From Flavobacteriales bacterium (GTDB lineage: Bacteria > Bacteroidota > Bacteroidia > Palsa-965): a stretch of DNA of 64,000 bases. The number at the start of each line of letters is the position of its first letter. The stretch's first letter is position 1. The notes under the pieces are model-generated. The model ran no database searches. It had not been told where the DNA came from and worked only from the letters and a program-made list of their open reading frames with translations. Below are positions 62,849 to 64,000 of this stretch, piece by piece. The position numbers and the translations under genes were made by a program. The stretch is taken from the NCBI GenBank assembly GCA_040377305.1, contig JBEIPA010000015.1, positions 66,842 through 130,841 of the forward strand, given 5' to 3'.

Positions 62849-63637
62849 TTATTCAATCAGTATTTGTCCCTTGAGAAAGATGCGTGCTTCTCCGGATATC
62901 AGAATGCGTTGACCCAGATTGGTGCAGGTCAGAAATCCGCGGCGTGCAGAGAGTTGGATCGCTTTCAATGTTTGCTTACCGAGTTGCTGAGACCAGTAGG
63001 GTGTGAGCGACGTGTGTGCGGATCCCGTAACCGGATCTTCATTGATGCCTGCTTGTGGTGCGAAGAACCGGGAAACAAAATCAGATTTGTTGCCTTTCGC
63101 AGTTACAATCGCACCACGCGCATCAAGAGAATTGATCTTGATTAAGTCAGGAACCATTGCTGCGATTTCTTCTTCCGTACTGAAAACGATCATGTAATCA
63201 GTTTTTCCTTTAAATGCGCCAATTGGTTTTTCAGTGAAGCAGGATGTGATATCGTTCGTCAGTGGAATGCTGTTTAGTTCATCGGTAGGAAAGTCGAGTG
63301 TGAGATCATCGCCGTTACGTGTAACTGAAAGTTCACCACTGCGAGAGTTGAAGGAAATTGAATCGCCTTTGTGACTTAGTTCGTTGAAATAGACATACGC
63401 ACTTGCGAGAGTTGCATGTCCGCACAGATCAACTTCCACAGCCGGCGTAAACCAGCGGATGCGAAAACCAGCTTCTTCACGCACAATAAAAGCTGTTTCA
63501 GCAAGGTTGTTTTCCATAGCGATATTTTGCATCACTGAATCAGGCAGCCACGTTTCTAAGGGAACTACTGCAGCTGGATTACCACCGAATAATTTTGTGG
63601 TGAATGCATCTACCTGGTAAATGGGGAGTGTTTTCAT
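62849..63637 (-). CDS. PhzF/YddE family epimerase-like protein
   Basis: YQVDAF, GNPAAV, ETAF, RWFTP..EVDLCGHATLA, EDPVTGSAH, QLSARRG; start at ATG 63637. Confidence 0.93.
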   Translation of the reverse strand: MKTLPIYQVDAFTTKLFGGNPAAVVPLETWLPDSVMQNIAMENNLAETAFIVREEAGFRIRWFTPAVEVDLCGHATLASAYVYFNELSHKGDSISFNSRSGELSVTRNGDDLTLDFPTDELNSIPLTNDITSCFTEKPIGAFKGKTDYMIVFSTEEEIAAMVPDLIKINSLDARGAIVTAKGNKSDFVSRFFAPQAGINEDPVTGSAHTSLTPYWSQQLGKQTLKAIQLSARRGFLTCTNLGQRILISGEARIFLKGQILIE

Positions 63638-64000
63638 GAGGGTCTTTTTTATCACGGTGGCTGTAAATTATCACCACGGTTAAAGTAAACTTACGCAATC
63701 GGGAGTTGTTGCCCGCCAGTCGTGATGCTGTGGTGTACTTTGTCTCCTCACGATGGCTGAAGCAATCATACACAATCTGGAGTTGTTTCGCCTCGCCCCC
63801 GCGACTCTATGGAGTCGCATATTCCTAACAAGTAGAGTCCTGCCAAAGCCCCCGCCCTTTTTTTTCGGCGCCAAAAGCGTAGCAAAAAAAGGGGGGGGGG
63901 GGGACACCCTTTAGGGTTTGGTTTTTGACAATGGGCCGCCACCGCGGGGGGTGGTGTTCCCAGACAGCTTTTGCCACTGGTGTTTTAAGGGGAATACAAA

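Noticed and set aside
62849-63637. Phenazine biosynthesis cluster
   Set aside because: A lone PhzF-family gene with no phzA-G neighbours
63680-63907. 75-aa minus-strand ORF MSPPPPFF...
   Set aside because: Derived from homopolymer runs and hairpins; no protein-like features

Overview
64 kb of a Bacteroidota chromosome, judged from TAnnTTTG-type promoters, two T9SS cargo proteins and DUF6089/DUF6913/CCC-motif genes. Bases 1-31549 are the distal part of one co-directional surface-glycan locus: about 13 glycosyltransferase or GT-like genes, a Wzy/WaaL-type membrane protein, WecB, an AsnB-type amidotransferase, three LbH acyltransferases, three methyltransferases and a sulfotransferase-like protein. 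It also encodes a KDN-type nonulosonic acid pathway (cytidylyltransferase, synthase, HAD phosphatase) that is split by a methyltransferase / DUF4910 peptidase-like / AAC(3)-like cassette, and a heptose-like nucleotide-sugar module (PfkB kinase, GmhA-like SIS, SDR, TagD-like nucleotidyltransferase). Two orphan ORFs between these modules look like their dedicated, unclassified transferases. The rest is housekeeping and envelope genes (hlyC/corC-like, two SpoIIE phosphatase sensors, wcaF-ligA, aat, dapA, coaE, nnr, pepT, M16 pair, SMR exporter, PhzF-like) plus a cluster of small membrane proteins with prion-like Q/N/Y/P N-termini. Many intergenic spaces in the second half carry facing arms of 7-9 bp tandem repeats, and many genes have a -7 promoter motif only 4-5 nt before the start codon. 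I found no rRNA, tRNA, CRISPR array or transposase. All family calls come from motif recognition by eye; no database search was run.
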